Positions 13,730 through 27,982 of a stretch of 64,000 nucleotides of DNA are shown here, in pieces. Made by a program: the position numbers and the translations under genes. The notes beneath the pieces were generated by a model, which worked only from the letters and a program-made list of their open reading frames with translations, ran no database searches and had not been told where the DNA came from. Source of the stretch: Bigelowiella natans CCMP2755 (lineage: Eukaryota > Protista > Cercozoa). Within the stretch, counting starts at the first letter, position 1, and each line of letters begins with the position of its first letter. The stretch is taken from NCBI GenBank assembly GCA_000320545.1, contig ADNK01001077.1, positions 1 to 64,000 of the forward strand, given 5' to 3'.

Positions 13730-14960
13730 AGGAGCAGAATCGAGAATTTGGAGCACGCTCCAGAAGCAAAGTGGAGGCCCCAATCTTCAACTCCAACACT
13801 CCGGCAGAGGCCGTCTTGCCCCAAGTGCAAAGGTTTGTCCATTTTTATTGCATCACCACGACTACATATTGGTTATTTTGAAGCTAGTAGAAAGTGTTGA
13901 TTATTCTGATAATATTGAGCGTTGCCGATATGACGTGAAAACTGTGCAAGCAACCGGGTTAATAAGGAAAATAATAACTTGACATTTTTTGCAGTAGGTA
14001 TGTGCCACAGGTCGGCCCGGGCAAGATGGTAGTTCCATGTTTAATGTCGATAATTAGCTAAAATATCCAGCCTGGATTCAATGTTAATTGATCTCTTAGG
14101 ACACCATTGCAATGTTGTCGGAGAAGGCAAGCTCATCTGGAAGGAAGCCCAGGGCAATTAAAGGCCCCCGGGAACGCCATTACGAACTGATTGAGCACTG
14201 CAGAGTCATCGCTGAACAAGGTTTGTTGTGCAACACAATCATCTTTCAAAAACAAATTCACACTTTCCTATAAAATCTCAATAAATTAACAACTTTATTA
14301 CCATACAGGCTCGAGTACCCCCGAGCTTCATGCCGTCGTGGAGCCTCTTTTGGGAGGGCTGCGTAGATCTCTCAGTGGAGAAGATCAGGACCTTACCGAG
14401 CTAAAAGAAGTTCTTGGAGTGGCAATGGATAAATTACCAAGGGCAATTCGACGAAAGAATCGGAAATGTGGATCATGTGGTGGTAAGGGTCATCGAAGGG
14501 ATAGCAAACAGTGTCCAAATTATGTCCCAAAACCTCCTAGAGATCGCGAAAACCGAAAATGCGGTTCATGCGGTCAAAAAGGTCATAGGAGAGACAGCAA
14601 ACTCTGTCCAAATTACGTTCCACGAAACAGAAAAGGCGACAACAACCATGTTAATGTTGACAATACCGCTCCTAAAAACGGGATTGGAACAGGCGTGCCC
14701 AGTGTACCAGAAGGCATATTAGCGCCTACAAATGATGGTGCTGACCTCAAGGATCCGTCAAGGAAACGACCCAGACCTACAGTAACTACAGCAAGGTATA
14801 TTTCTTTCTTCAGATTATTGAGAAATAAAATCATTGAATTTCTTTCTCCAAAAATTAGGCGTTACGTCGAGATGGATAGGATGGACGAACGCTACTACTG
14901 AATTCACACTGTCTCCCGTATCTCTCACCTTCGCCTCACCAACCAAAACAAAATGATAAC
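13730..14960 (+). mobile_element. Spliced gene resembling the C-terminal part of a MULE/FAR1-type transposase, with two tandem CCHC zinc knuckles
   Basis: A RHYELIEHCRVIAEQ|GSSTPELHAVVEPLLGGL helix resembles FAR1/MULE C-termini. It is followed by RKCGSCGGKGHRRDSKQCP and RKCGSCGQKGHRRDSKLCP. No DDE core or SWIM finger seen. Confidence 0.5.
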
Positions 14961-15019
14961 TTGACTCATTAGCATGTAGCGTGCTTGCAATTATCAGATT
15001 TGTCAAATTGTACATAGTA

Positions 15020-15720
15020 TCCTAGACCTAGAGACAGGGACCGTCGATCAACCAAAAAGTCGCATGCATTAAGTGTTTAGCTAGTAGGCATGCTAGCATG
15101 GTAACGACGGCGCAAAGACAAATATATGCCACGCATACATATAGCGTTACTACTACCACACCGTAATATTGACTGCCAATGCCTAGCTAGATGTTGCTGC
15201 ACATCAAAACGCACGCATCCGAGACGATGCATATATCGCACAGCTTGCTAGAAATTTCCGCACCCGAGACGGATCAATGAACAACTTGAATTTTTCAATG
15301 GTCATCCTATAATGATGTAGCTATGCAAACTAGCAAAGCTAGAAAGCACAAGCTAGCTAGAGCAGGAGCAAAATCATCACACACAATTGTGAGACGGATG
15401 TAATGAAGTGATTAAATCTTTTGAATAGTCATCCTAATCTAGCAGTGATGTGTAGGCTACATGCAAAGCAGCGGCTGCTGCACGGCAATCTTGTGCTGAC
15501 AAATGAATTTGCGGGCACTAGAATGAAACCCATGTAAAACTGTGGCGGGGAACAAAGAGGCATTCCTGTCTAGCTAGTCATGCATCATTCATTCTGGGTA
15601 CAAAATGATAGTTACTACTAGGTTATTAGGTGTAGGAGTCGAGAGAAATTGTTTCCACTACCATCCATCCATCATATTTTCTTCTGCTTCAGCACACATT
15701 AGCGAGCAGGGACATCTATA
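15020..15720. other. Partially TpA-depleted, CTAG-rich zone 2
   Basis: Many CTAG/gctagctag motifs with reduced TA, lying between two gene 3' ends. Confidence 0.7.
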
Positions 15721-15734
15721 ACAATCTAGACGTC

Positions 15735-15985
15735 ATGATCTTAGCGTGGACTTGTTGCCGTCCGCAATGTGCTGCTGACCCCCTGTTGGCAGTAATTTCC
15801 TCAACTTTTCAAATGAGCGAACGATGACCCTGAAATATAGTAGAGATTATGCATTGCAAGGTCAGCACAAATAACTAAAGTAGACACTACAATGCATTTA
15901 TCAGCAAAAAATGCATACACAGTCGAGACGTATCCTTTCCATGAAATCCCTTCGCACAACGAAACATTATTATGTGCATATACAC

Positions 15986-16025
<40 letters not shown>

Positions 16026-16046
16026 GTCAATCTATATACATCTACA

Positions 16047-16084
<38 letters not shown>

Positions 16085-16790
16085 ACATATATGTATATAT
16101 TATACCTATTGTATCCCACCACGTCACCCATTGCCAGCTCAAAAGCCTGGATCATAACATTTCCCGGCAGCATATTAAGATAGAATTCTTAACGTACTAT
16201 TATTATTTGCCATAAAAATATTCATTTGTCACAGTTGCTGTGCTGCTGATATCAAGGTGTCGCTTAACCTCCCCACCAACTCCCTTCCCTCCTCCTCCCA
16301 TACAAAATGATGCCAACAACCTGATCTTGAAATTGCACAATATATGTCAATTCGCATATTTCCTTTTGTCCAGGTGGTATTCGTTTCTTGTCTTGTTTCA
16401 AATTGTTGGAAAAAGAATGAGAACACGCCTTAGATTTGAGAAAACAAAACTCTATTATATCACTTCTATTTCACACTGATAATAGTCAATATTTCACTCC
16501 TCCCAAAAGCTACTATACCACCAAAACTGCAACAACAACAACAACAACAACAACTACTACTACTACTACCACTACCACTACATGTGAACACATAACAACC
16601 ACCTTTCTTGTCTCCTTTTAGACTGTATAGTATTTGTAAAACATTAAGAAGAGAAACACGAATGATTAATTATAAACTTGCAGATCAATACAGAAGAATT
16701 CCTAGCACTAGATACTATATCCAAACATACCATTTCAAGTGTGTATATCGTGTATGAAGTAGATATGATAATGATATTGTATAGATCCCG

Positions 16791-16821
<31 letters not shown>

Positions 16822-17813
16822 TTACTACTACTACTACGCTGATGCTACCCCATCATCATCATCATCATCATCATTATCTTCATCATCATTTTATGTAGTA
16901 AGTATTTACAACGTCACACCACATGCTGACCGTGGTAATGTGAGTACTGGAGTGTCTTTCCCATAACAGAATGTTATCTGTGATGATCATGATGACAATG
17001 ATGATGATGATGATGATTACAATGATGATGGTAGAAAGAAATGGAAAAAGGTGATAAGGGTTGTTTACTTCCTCCCATTGGCCATGTACATAACACCACA
17101 TTTATAGTCTGAAGCTGAAAGCATCATTATTATACTTACCGTGAAGCTCTTTCTTTTTTTCTTCTCGATTTCCTGAATAATCGATGAATTTCTGCTTATG
17201 TTTTGTTTGTCTTAATATTCCTTGATTCACAGTATACTAAAGTATAATTAAACATGACGTAGTAGTATTGGTAGTAACCCACTACCTCTTTCAAGTCACT
17301 TTGATCACGGACAATGTTAGAACCCTAGTAGTAGTAGTAGCAGCAGCAGCAGCAGCAGTAGTATTACAGGAAGAAGAAGAGAAAGAAAAAATATTCTAGA
17401 ATTCCTTCTATCTCTTGCTACAGCATGTGTGATTATTATAGACTGTGTGCGTATGTTACGGATAAAGAACAAAGGCAATGTCATCCAACTTACAAAGGTG
17501 GCCATCCCAAAGTGCATTCATTACAATACGGGGAGGAGGAAGAAAATTGTTGATGAGAACACATTATAAATAGGTGAGTAGGTACTACTGCATAATTTCT
17601 CCTCCTCCTCCTCCTCCTCCTCCTCCTACTTCTACTTGTACTAATACCACGTGCGTTAGAAGCCATCCTTTCTTCACACCTAGCCTTTTAGCTTGGCCCT
17701 TTCACGGAAGAAGAACCCAACCAATCAACATTGCACCACCACCACCAACGAATAAAACGAAGAGGTAAAGGAAATATGATGCTTCTCATAAACACAACCT
17801 GTCTTAACAATGA

Positions 17814-17848
<35 letters not shown>

Positions 17849-18047
17849 TAGAACACAATCACTACAACATCGTCGTCATCAGCAATAACTATGCAGTGCT
17901 ATGTGTGAGTGTGTGTGCTTGTGCGTTGAGGAATGTAGTTTATAAACCCACATCAGCGACGAGAGAGTAGACCCTCAATCCTAAATGGTAGCAGCAGCAG
18001 TAGTAGTAGAAGTAGAAGTAGTAGTACAAAATTAGAAAAAGTAGAAG

Positions 18048-18082
<35 letters not shown>

Positions 18083-18540
18083 TACACACTAAATTGTTAT
18101 CACCCTTATCATCATCATCATCATCACTAGAAGCTTGGATGTCCCACTATTACTACTAGTGGTTGTGGTTAATGAGGAAACACACGTACTGCAATAGAAA
18201 TTGCGCCTACAGCCTTATCTACTATTTAGAGGCTGCTATTGAGTATGCTAGATCAATGAATAATCAATCCCATCGTCTTCAACCTCAATAATTTGCTACT
18301 ACTAAGTTGCATCGTCATCGACTCAAATTTGACTTAACATGAGTTTTGTCTCCTTGATAACAGCAGCATGAACGAACACCACCTTTGAATGTAATTCCAA
18401 GAGATCCAGATGCAAAGCAAATCTACATAACAACAACACTCATGCTTGAAATAGTAACGACAACACAATCGTCACAACTAGCATTTTTCTATGTACACAT
18501 ATGTATAGTTGTGTTAGTGTGTGTTATTTATATATAATAG

Positions 18541-18624
<84 letters not shown>

Positions 18625-19465
18625 ATATAGGGTGGGGGGGAAGCAGTATGCTGTTGTTGATTATTCATTATTATTATTATTATTATCTTTGTCGGTGATT
18701 TATGGTCTTATTGGTTCTGCAGCCTCCTCCTCCCTCTCCTCCTCCTCCTCCTCCTCCTCCTCCTCCTCCTCCTACTACTACTACTACTAATACTACCTTT
18801 TTTATCTTTTGCCGTGTGGTTTTTGTTTTGATGACATACCCTAAATGAATGAGCAGCAGCAGCAAGGAATAATTAACGAAATAGTATGATCACCATCCTC
18901 ATCATGATCATCACCGTCGTCATCATCATCATAATATTACCACTAGATAAGACATTAGCACGGGTATATCGTGGATCCTATGTTGTTGTATAATGCGAAT
19001 AACCAGTCAGGATGATTATGATGATGAAACAAGAGAAATAGTAGAGAGGAGATAAAACGTAAGGAAAGTGATGGATACAATAGGGTCTAGTATGATAGCA
19101 GCAAACAACCTCTGGTAGCTTTGGATGCTTTACTGATCGAAACGATATCAAACAGACGCCTAGGTTGGACTTGGTATGTATATCTTGCTATTATTATTAT
19201 TTCACTAGAGATCATCATTATCACTATTATTGCTATAAGTAGCAGCAGCAGTAGTAGCATAGGGATTACAAACAAATATATCTAATGATGTTGGTAGTTG
19301 ATGAATGCTGTTAGCTCATAATTACATAATGTGTACACAATGATGCCGTGCTAATTTCGAAGTTAATAAACAATCTCAAATAAAACGGAATGACAACTCA
19401 GATCCTACTACTGCTACTACAACTACTTGAGCAAAACAGTTCGTGCTACATACAAACTCACACAC

Positions 19466-19508
<43 letters not shown>

Positions 19509-19806
19509 AGGAGCTGTTTGCCTCCAAGATCTATGAAAAAATAGCACACAACAACATATCAATTCATACAAGATGAATGTGATTATTACACTGACAATCT
19601 TTAAACTATTGCCCTGCTATTTTAGCTTTTGAGTAGTATATTAAATGGTTATTGAGTGTGAAAACAAATTGAAGAATTTAAGTGTTATAGTACTACAGTA
19701 AGGATGTGTTGTATCATCAATGTAATATTATATTGCCTCAAAAGACAGAAATCATTGAGTTTTGTGTCCTTTGTCTTCATAATCTGATAATACGTATAAA
19801 TTATAT

Positions 19807-19865
<59 letters not shown>

Positions 19866-19932
19866 ATATGAAGCCATGTATGTATTTATATTCCTACATC
19901 ATCATGCTAGCTATCATAATACATATCCCATT

Positions 19933-19965
<33 letters not shown>

Positions 19966-20190
19966 TGCTACCATTACTACTCGTATAATTACATTTACTA
20001 CCACCGTTCTCTCCTAATGTCATCATGATGGCAAATAAACATTATACAACTTAGATCAGTACTTACTACTCATCATGATGAGAGGAGGTATCTTTGTTCA
20101 GTGTTGCTACTAACTACCAGATGTATGATGTCGTTTGAATCATCAATAGTCTCTACAATCTTAAAAACACACACACACACACACACATAT

Positions 20191-20231
<41 letters not shown>

Positions 20232-20523
20232 CCACACGAGAAGACGAAAAACACGTACATATATGAAGAATCACTGGATGTAGCAACACACAGAAAACAA
20301 TGCTACTTCCTACAGTTGTACAGTTTATGAAATCAGATTATCCTACTACAAGATACACACTACTACTCGCACACGATTTGTACAGTTTATGAAATCAGAT
20401 TATCCTACTACAAGATACACACTACTACTCGCACACGATTTCTTGCTGCTACTACTGCCACTACAATTGTGTAATGTTGTATATGCCTTGCCGCCTTGGT
20501 ATACCATATCCCATTTCCATACA

Positions 20524-20566
<43 letters not shown>

Positions 20567-21419
20567 GTGTATGTAATGTTGGACATACCTTGCCGCCTTG
20601 GTATACCATATCCCATTTCCTTCTCCATCTTTTAATAATAAGCAGTCGTAGCAGCCGGCAATATATGTCAAGGAAGAATAATAATTAATGTAGAGCATGT
20701 GATACTACTTATCGTACCACGACGAATATAATAATGATGGTATACTAAAAAACAAGTTTAAGCCATCAATCCTTTTACAGTTGCTGCTATTACTACTACA
20801 ACTACTTTGTGAAATCGTGCAAAACTTCAAAGACAAAAGTTGGATCTGCATAGGTTTTTGATGTAGCCTGGATAATAGTATAGATAGGTAGTATAGATAG
20901 ATAGAAGTAAGTGGAAGTAGTAAGAATGGGATAATAGAGATGAAAGGAATTATATCGAAGATCATCAACTTAGGCGAAAGAGGAGGAGGAGGAGGAGGGG
21001 GGAGGGGGGAGGGGGGGGAGAGGAAAACTGAGTAATTCAAACTAAAAATTAATGAATAACATGAAAATTGTGAGTCTTGACGCGTTACATCGAAAGCTAG
21101 TAGTGAGTAGTACATTTCTATTGATCAATATCTACAAAACATCGATTTCCCATTCCCTCCTTATTCTCCCCACCCAATTACCCGAAATACACTAATTTTA
21201 TCCATGCTTTGCTGGGTTGCCACCTTTCAGAATGAAGATATTCAATTGTGTGTATTTTCCATAAATATATATACACAATCATGATAGATCAGGCGCATTA
21301 ATCCAAATTTGGAACGATTAAGAGTGAGAATGATGCTGCATTCAATTAAAAGGTACTTGGACCTTATGTATACTCCTCCCTTCTCGTACTTACTTGCACG
21401 CACACTCTCTTACTTACTT

Positions 21420-21456
<37 letters not shown>

Positions 21457-21536
21457 TACACATTATCGTATATAGGGAAAACATATCCTACTCCTCCTCC
21501 TCCTCCTCCTCCTCCTCCTCCTCCTCCTCCTTCTAT

Positions 21537-21567
<31 letters not shown>

Positions 21568-22287
21568 GCAACCTCAATGTACTCAGATCTATAGTGTATT
21601 GACCAAGACTACGTATTATTATTAGAGAAAAGAACAAAAGAAACAGTGAAAGAGTAGTAGAATTAGTACTACTAGTAGGAACGACTAGTTTTTGCGTGAA
21701 AAACTCACAAAGCAGCTAATTTCACTCCAAAACAATTTCTAATAACTAAACATTCATCAGAAATTGAAAGTGTGTGTGTGTATGTGTGTGTATGTGTGTG
21801 ACGGTTATAGTAGTCTCTAGAAGACATGTGTATGGTGGAAAATCGATTGATATGGTTATATAATGCTGCTGCAAATGATGATGATGATGATGATGATGAT
21901 GAAAGTGATAATGATGGTGATAATAAGGATGTAAATGATAGCATAATAAACATGATAAACATCAGCAGCAGTTGGGACTATTACTACCCACAACTAAAGC
22001 TTATAGCCTTTTATTTAAGTACTTCTAAAGCAGCATTTTGGGTGTTGCCTCACACCATTAACAAACCTCTTTCATCAGCTTTCTATTGTAAACTCGCATC
22101 AGTTGAGATATGTTAAGAAACATGAGTCCAAGCTTTGTTCTATGTTGTTAGCCAGAAAACACATCAATCAGAAGATGAAATCAAATTTGAATATAATACA
22201 TCAACATCACCCAAGAATCTACGACGCAAAAAAATATGGTAAACAACACTCAAAATCTTTTTTATCATACTTTTTCTTCTTCCATTT

Positions 22288-22322
<35 letters not shown>

Positions 22323-22919
22323 GTTTGTAAATTCTGTAGATAAGGGCTGATGGCCAACTCTGAGCTATTCATTCACATACAATATCAGATATTTATTATG
22401 AGGCTGTTAGAATGCAATCATTGAACAAGATCAATAGCAGCAGCAGTCTTAATAGAAAAGTATAGTAAACGAGTAAAAGGAAAAGAGGAGTCCATTAGCG
22501 TGTTGTTCTCATCATCATATAGTATTATTAGTTAGTGAAGATTCTCAGTGGGACATTCATTCCTACTACTACTACTACTAGTACTACTACTACTACTATA
22601 GTAGTACTAAGTGGTACATCTACAGGTGTTGATGCTACTATTTCTCCTCCTACACCTAATCCTGTTACTACTACTGCTACTTCTCTTTCTCAAACATCAG
22701 AAAGTAGTTGATCGTCCCGACAATACTACTAATGGCTGTTGTTCAATTAAATGAATATGTCCTCCTCCTCCTCCTCCTCATATTATGTACTCTCTTATTA
22801 TCATCTTCTTCTTTTAGTCAGCAACGTCGTTAGTTACTACTTGCTCTCGCTTTATCCGCACTCGTTTTCTTCCTAAAGCTTCCTTATTTCTCCCTAATAC
22901 ACACAAATACATTAGTACA

Positions 22920-22953
<34 letters not shown>

Positions 22954-24336
22954 ACAGTTGTTTCAAAGGTGCTGTTAATACTATTTAGTAGTTCTACGCA
23001 ACCTCTCCCTAATAGTAGTAGTAGAAGAAGAAGTAGTAGTAGTAGTAGTAGTAGTGGTTGTTGTTGTAATTGTACTGCTGCTGGTGTTTACGTGTGTCTG
23101 CAGGTGTATCTGGAGATAAAGAATATTGGATTGGAAGCCTTTGATCGGTCTAAATATGATTAAATACTATCAAAGAGAGAACAAGAAAAAATAATAATAT
23201 ATTGTAGTGAAATCATCATCATCATCATTATCATCATTTCTATTCTATCGCTCACCCGTAGCAAATGACGATTACGATGTTGCTACATAGAGTGCTATAT
23301 TTATGATAATATAAATTCAAATAATCCAAGCAGCTGCTACCTTTGAAGATCAGTATGCTGATAATAATAATAATAGTACATGTTGTTCAACTGCTATACG
23401 GTGATAAATTTACGATATTATAATATCATCTTTTAATAAATAAAATAAATAATTAAAGGAGTTTACCTCGAAAATAAAATATGCTGATAGGGCATGTTTT
23501 GAAGCCTAGAAGTATTAATATGAAGAGAGAGATATATAATTACAAATAAATAAAATATGCTGATAGGACATGTTTTGAAGCCTAGAAGTATTAATATGAA
23601 GAGAGAGGTATATCACAAATAAATAACGCTAGTAGAGTACCAGTCAGCAGCAGCAGCAGTAATAGTAGTAGTAGTAGGCACGGTGGTAGATAAAGACGAT
23701 AATCCCCCACTTTGACTATATTAGTAATAAACCATTTGATGATGATGGTACAGCGCCACCACAACAGACAACTAACCGACGAAGGACTTCTACTACTACT
23801 ACTACTTGGCCAAGGGAGTGTGTTTCTGCTCTAACTCCAACCTTATTATTTAATTTTTAAGATTAGTCATAACAACAACAACAACAACAACGACAACGAC
23901 AACAATAAAACGATGATGATAACAAAGAACTGAATAAACATTCATACAATTATCATAATTATATACATACTAATACATTCCCCACCGAAGGAAGCATCTT
24001 CCCTCATTTTAACAGCAGCAGCAGCAGCAGCAGCCGTATCAGCACATTGATGCATATGTCTCTCAACATCATCAATACAAATCAATACCTCAACAGAATC
24101 ATTGATGCATATGTGTCTCAACATCATCAATACAAATCAATACCTCAACAGCACATTGATGCATATATGTCTCAACATCATCAATACAAATCAATACCTC
24201 AACAGAATCATGAAAACAATGATTCACTTGTGATTTCACTGAGAACCTGAAATAAAATTGTTATTTAGTTACTAGTAACGTGTAGGTTGACATCATTCGC
24301 TCACAACTGGAGAAAGAAGGAAAAGAATCTGCAGAT

Positions 24337-24385
<49 letters not shown>

Positions 24386-25300
24386 GAAACCCGTTCTTTA
24401 CTGAACTAGAAACATAATAATCGATAATTTATCTATTCGCATAGCCATCGTCACCCCATCGTTATTTTGCAACAAGTGCTGACCTGTCTGCTAGCATCAC
24501 AGGATTTATGAAAGAAATTTGATCGATAAACCGAAGAATCTGATCAAACAATAACAACAAACAACAACAACAACAACAACACATGTACTTGTGCACTTAT
24601 TCAACAACAAGAATTCTGCTTGCTGATCATCCTAAAATATGTCAATAGTTGCAAAACAACCCCCTTGATGTATGGTATAGGTTACTGATCGTATCAGTAA
24701 CAGCATATAATGGTTATTATTACCATTTTCTGACGAGTGAATCGGTGGGCACTCACACTCCTTTAAAGAAAGAAAGTAGTGTCAATTAATATCATCATTA
24801 TCAAAATACCATCACCCGCAACAACCAATAAAAAAGTTTAAAAGTGTGTTTGTTTTGTGTGTATGACATGGCTGATGATGATACATCTTACTAAATGCAC
24901 TACGCAATCCTTATCATGATCATCTACTATGCCATAAATACAATGTATGGTGATTGTACTTGATGATCAATATCTACTTCTCATACCCGCATGCAATCAT
25001 CCATGCCATTGCCTGGCCCCCGAAACAGTTCCCCATATGATTTGTGTGCTGAGTAGAGGTTGTTTGCTTTGTTGTTGATGTCACACTAGCAGAGTTGTGT
25101 TTTATGCATCATCATCGTTATTTTGTTCTTGATCATCATTATACCACCTGTGGCAGCACGATTTCCGTGCTTTGTGTGTAGCTTTGTAAAGGTGTCTTCT
25201 TTCTCCTTGCTGTGTGTGTATATTTGTGTTTGTGTGTGTGTGTGTGTGTGTGTTGGTGTTGTTGGGTCATCATCAATATGTAATTACAATAACTCACGCG

Positions 25301-25332
<32 letters not shown>

Positions 25333-26277
25333 TTACCATTACTTCTACACAAAGTGGAAGAGTAGTGGTGGTGAGGAGAATAAGGTGGAAGTTGGTGTTG
25401 ATGTTGCGCAGATTAGGAGGAGGAGGGTCATTCAATTATAATATTTGGCTCCTACTATTAATTTGATGATACAGCATCGTGCAGATAATAATATTAGAGA
25501 GTAGTAAGTAAGTAGCAACATGATCCTGTTGAAGGTCCTTTTGATATAAACGTCAATGAAGATGCACGGCGTCTAGCATATATATATACATAGCAGCAAA
25601 TATTTCAAACAAAACAGATATTTTGCGACAACATTAACCCTCTTTCTTTCTCCTCCTCCTCTTCCTCAGATACTAATAAAGATGCTGTTGCTGCTAAGAT
25701 CACGGCTACAAGTGGTAGTAGTCATTCACACAAGCAGCGGCAGCAGTGGTAGTAGAGGTGGTAGTAGACGTTATTACCATAGCCGGTTGTGTGACCATTA
25801 TGCAAAATATGATGATTATAATAGCTATTATTACTAACTACTGGCACCTCTCATCTCCTCCTCCTCTTCCTGCTGATATAGGCAAGTTTTGTGGTGCATT
25901 CGACGTTGCAGTGGTAGCAGTCTCTTTACCATCGTCTTCAGGAGGAGGAGGAGGAGGAGGAGGGGGTGGATGATTTGGGGCTTTTGCCGTAGGAGATGGA
26001 GGCGGCATCATTACCAGAAGCGAGTTGTTAATAGGGTTGTCTCTCCTACTGCTTGTAACACCCGGTGCTGCATCATCATTACCATCATCCTCATCCTCCT
26101 ATTGGTGGTATTTTACGAATAAATATGTAGTAGTAGTAGTAGTAGTAGTAGTAGAGTACTACTACTACTACTACTACCGAGTACCCCCTTAAGAACTACT
26201 AACAATTCATATAAGTACTGATTATTATTAACATGCACTAACTACTTCTACGATGCTACTACTGCTACTGTTGGCAT

Positions 26278-26309
<32 letters not shown>

Positions 26310-27297
26310 TCTTGTATCTTTTTTACTACCTGAACCACGACGACCCCCATTCCGATGCTTCTCTTTCCTCCTCCTCCTCTCTGTTTCTTCTGGTCAGTAT
26401 GGTCCTTTCCATCCAACTCTGCTACCATTCCTATTCTTTCTTTTTCATCCTTCTTTTCAACCTCAACTAATGGCGGTGGTGGCTCTATATCCGAGGTTGA
26501 ACGTATGCGAGTTAGGAGGGATTTGAAGGTGTCTTCGATCAACTGATGATGATGATGATGATTATTATTATTATTATTGCTATTATGAAAACATGTAGGA
26601 GGAGATATTAAAGTAGTCGAAGTAAGAGTAATAATAGCAGCTGTAGTAGTAGGTTTGGATCAACAATTGATGATGCCGATGAGAGATGAATGATAATAAA
26701 ACAGAGATTATTTTATACTTTATACTTTTGGGAGTATCAGATAACTACTCAACTATCCCCTGATAGCAATATTGTCATGAAACGGAAACCAACATCATTA
26801 TTCGTCATCATTATCATCCTCATCATCATCATCCCTACCTTTCTCCTTTCTAATCGTAGTTGCCTTCGCTCTAAAGCTTGAGCGTATCGTCTCATATTTT
26901 CCTGAATAATCACACATCAAACGACAAATTAGTCGACGATAGAAGGAAAGAAATATCCCAGCAGACAAACAAATAAACAAGAAACGATTATGAAATAATA
27001 TCCTCATAAATGCGCAGCAGAGAGTACATTACTGTGCTACTTACAAAGGGGTTTAAAGCTGAAATTGTTGAAATTTTTAGTGCTTGGACGGCTGATGGTT
27101 TGCCGTTGCAATATTACTAAATACCACTGGTAAGAATTTATCAACACATATATGTGTATATATTGGTATTATTTACGTATGCTTATGGACACCACATTAG
27201 ATTCTATTAATTGCATTAAAGAACAAGCTTACTTTCATATTCTTTGTTTTCATATGTTCGATCAAATGGAATGACAACTACTATTAATGGCAGTTCT

Positions 27298-27333
<36 letters not shown>

Positions 27334-27527
27334 ATACCTGATCATTTCCTGGTGACAGCTTAGGAAGCACTCTTTTCTTTTTGTCGGGTCCTTCAAAAGA
27401 TGGTGGTGGTAAACAATACCATACACTATTACTTACTTTGAGGAGCGATTGATAGTATCTACAAGCAACACCTACTTTTCACGCTACTACATCTCCTACT
27501 ACTACTACAACTAATACCAACAAAATA

Positions 27528-27563
<36 letters not shown>

Positions 27564-27931
27564 GTGTAACATACAAATTTTACCTAAACTCACAAACGTG
27601 AAAAATGCCCTGCAAACAACCTATTCATCACGACACAGAGTTGAACAAATAGACGTGAGTGTATTCATCACGACCATATAGTTAAACAAATAGACGTGAG
27701 TGTATTATTTTCTCCCTCTGCTTTCATCACTATTTCTTTCGAATCTTTCCCCCACCATCATGTGTTTTTATAGAATACGTCTCTTCTGTCTTATATCCTA
27801 CTACTCATAACAACAACATCAACCGACACAAGACAGAAGAGAAACTAGCTACACGTAGGAGGGAGACCATAAAACAATCACCACCCTTTTTTTGCCTGTC
27901 AATAGCGTCTCAGCGAAAACCTTTTCATAAT

Positions 27932-27982
<51 letters not shown>

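Noticed and set aside
8860-15720. Islands as giant transposons with terminal inverted repeats
   Set aside because: No matching TIRs or TSDs could be seen by eye. Mutation may have obscured them, so this is unproven rather than excluded.
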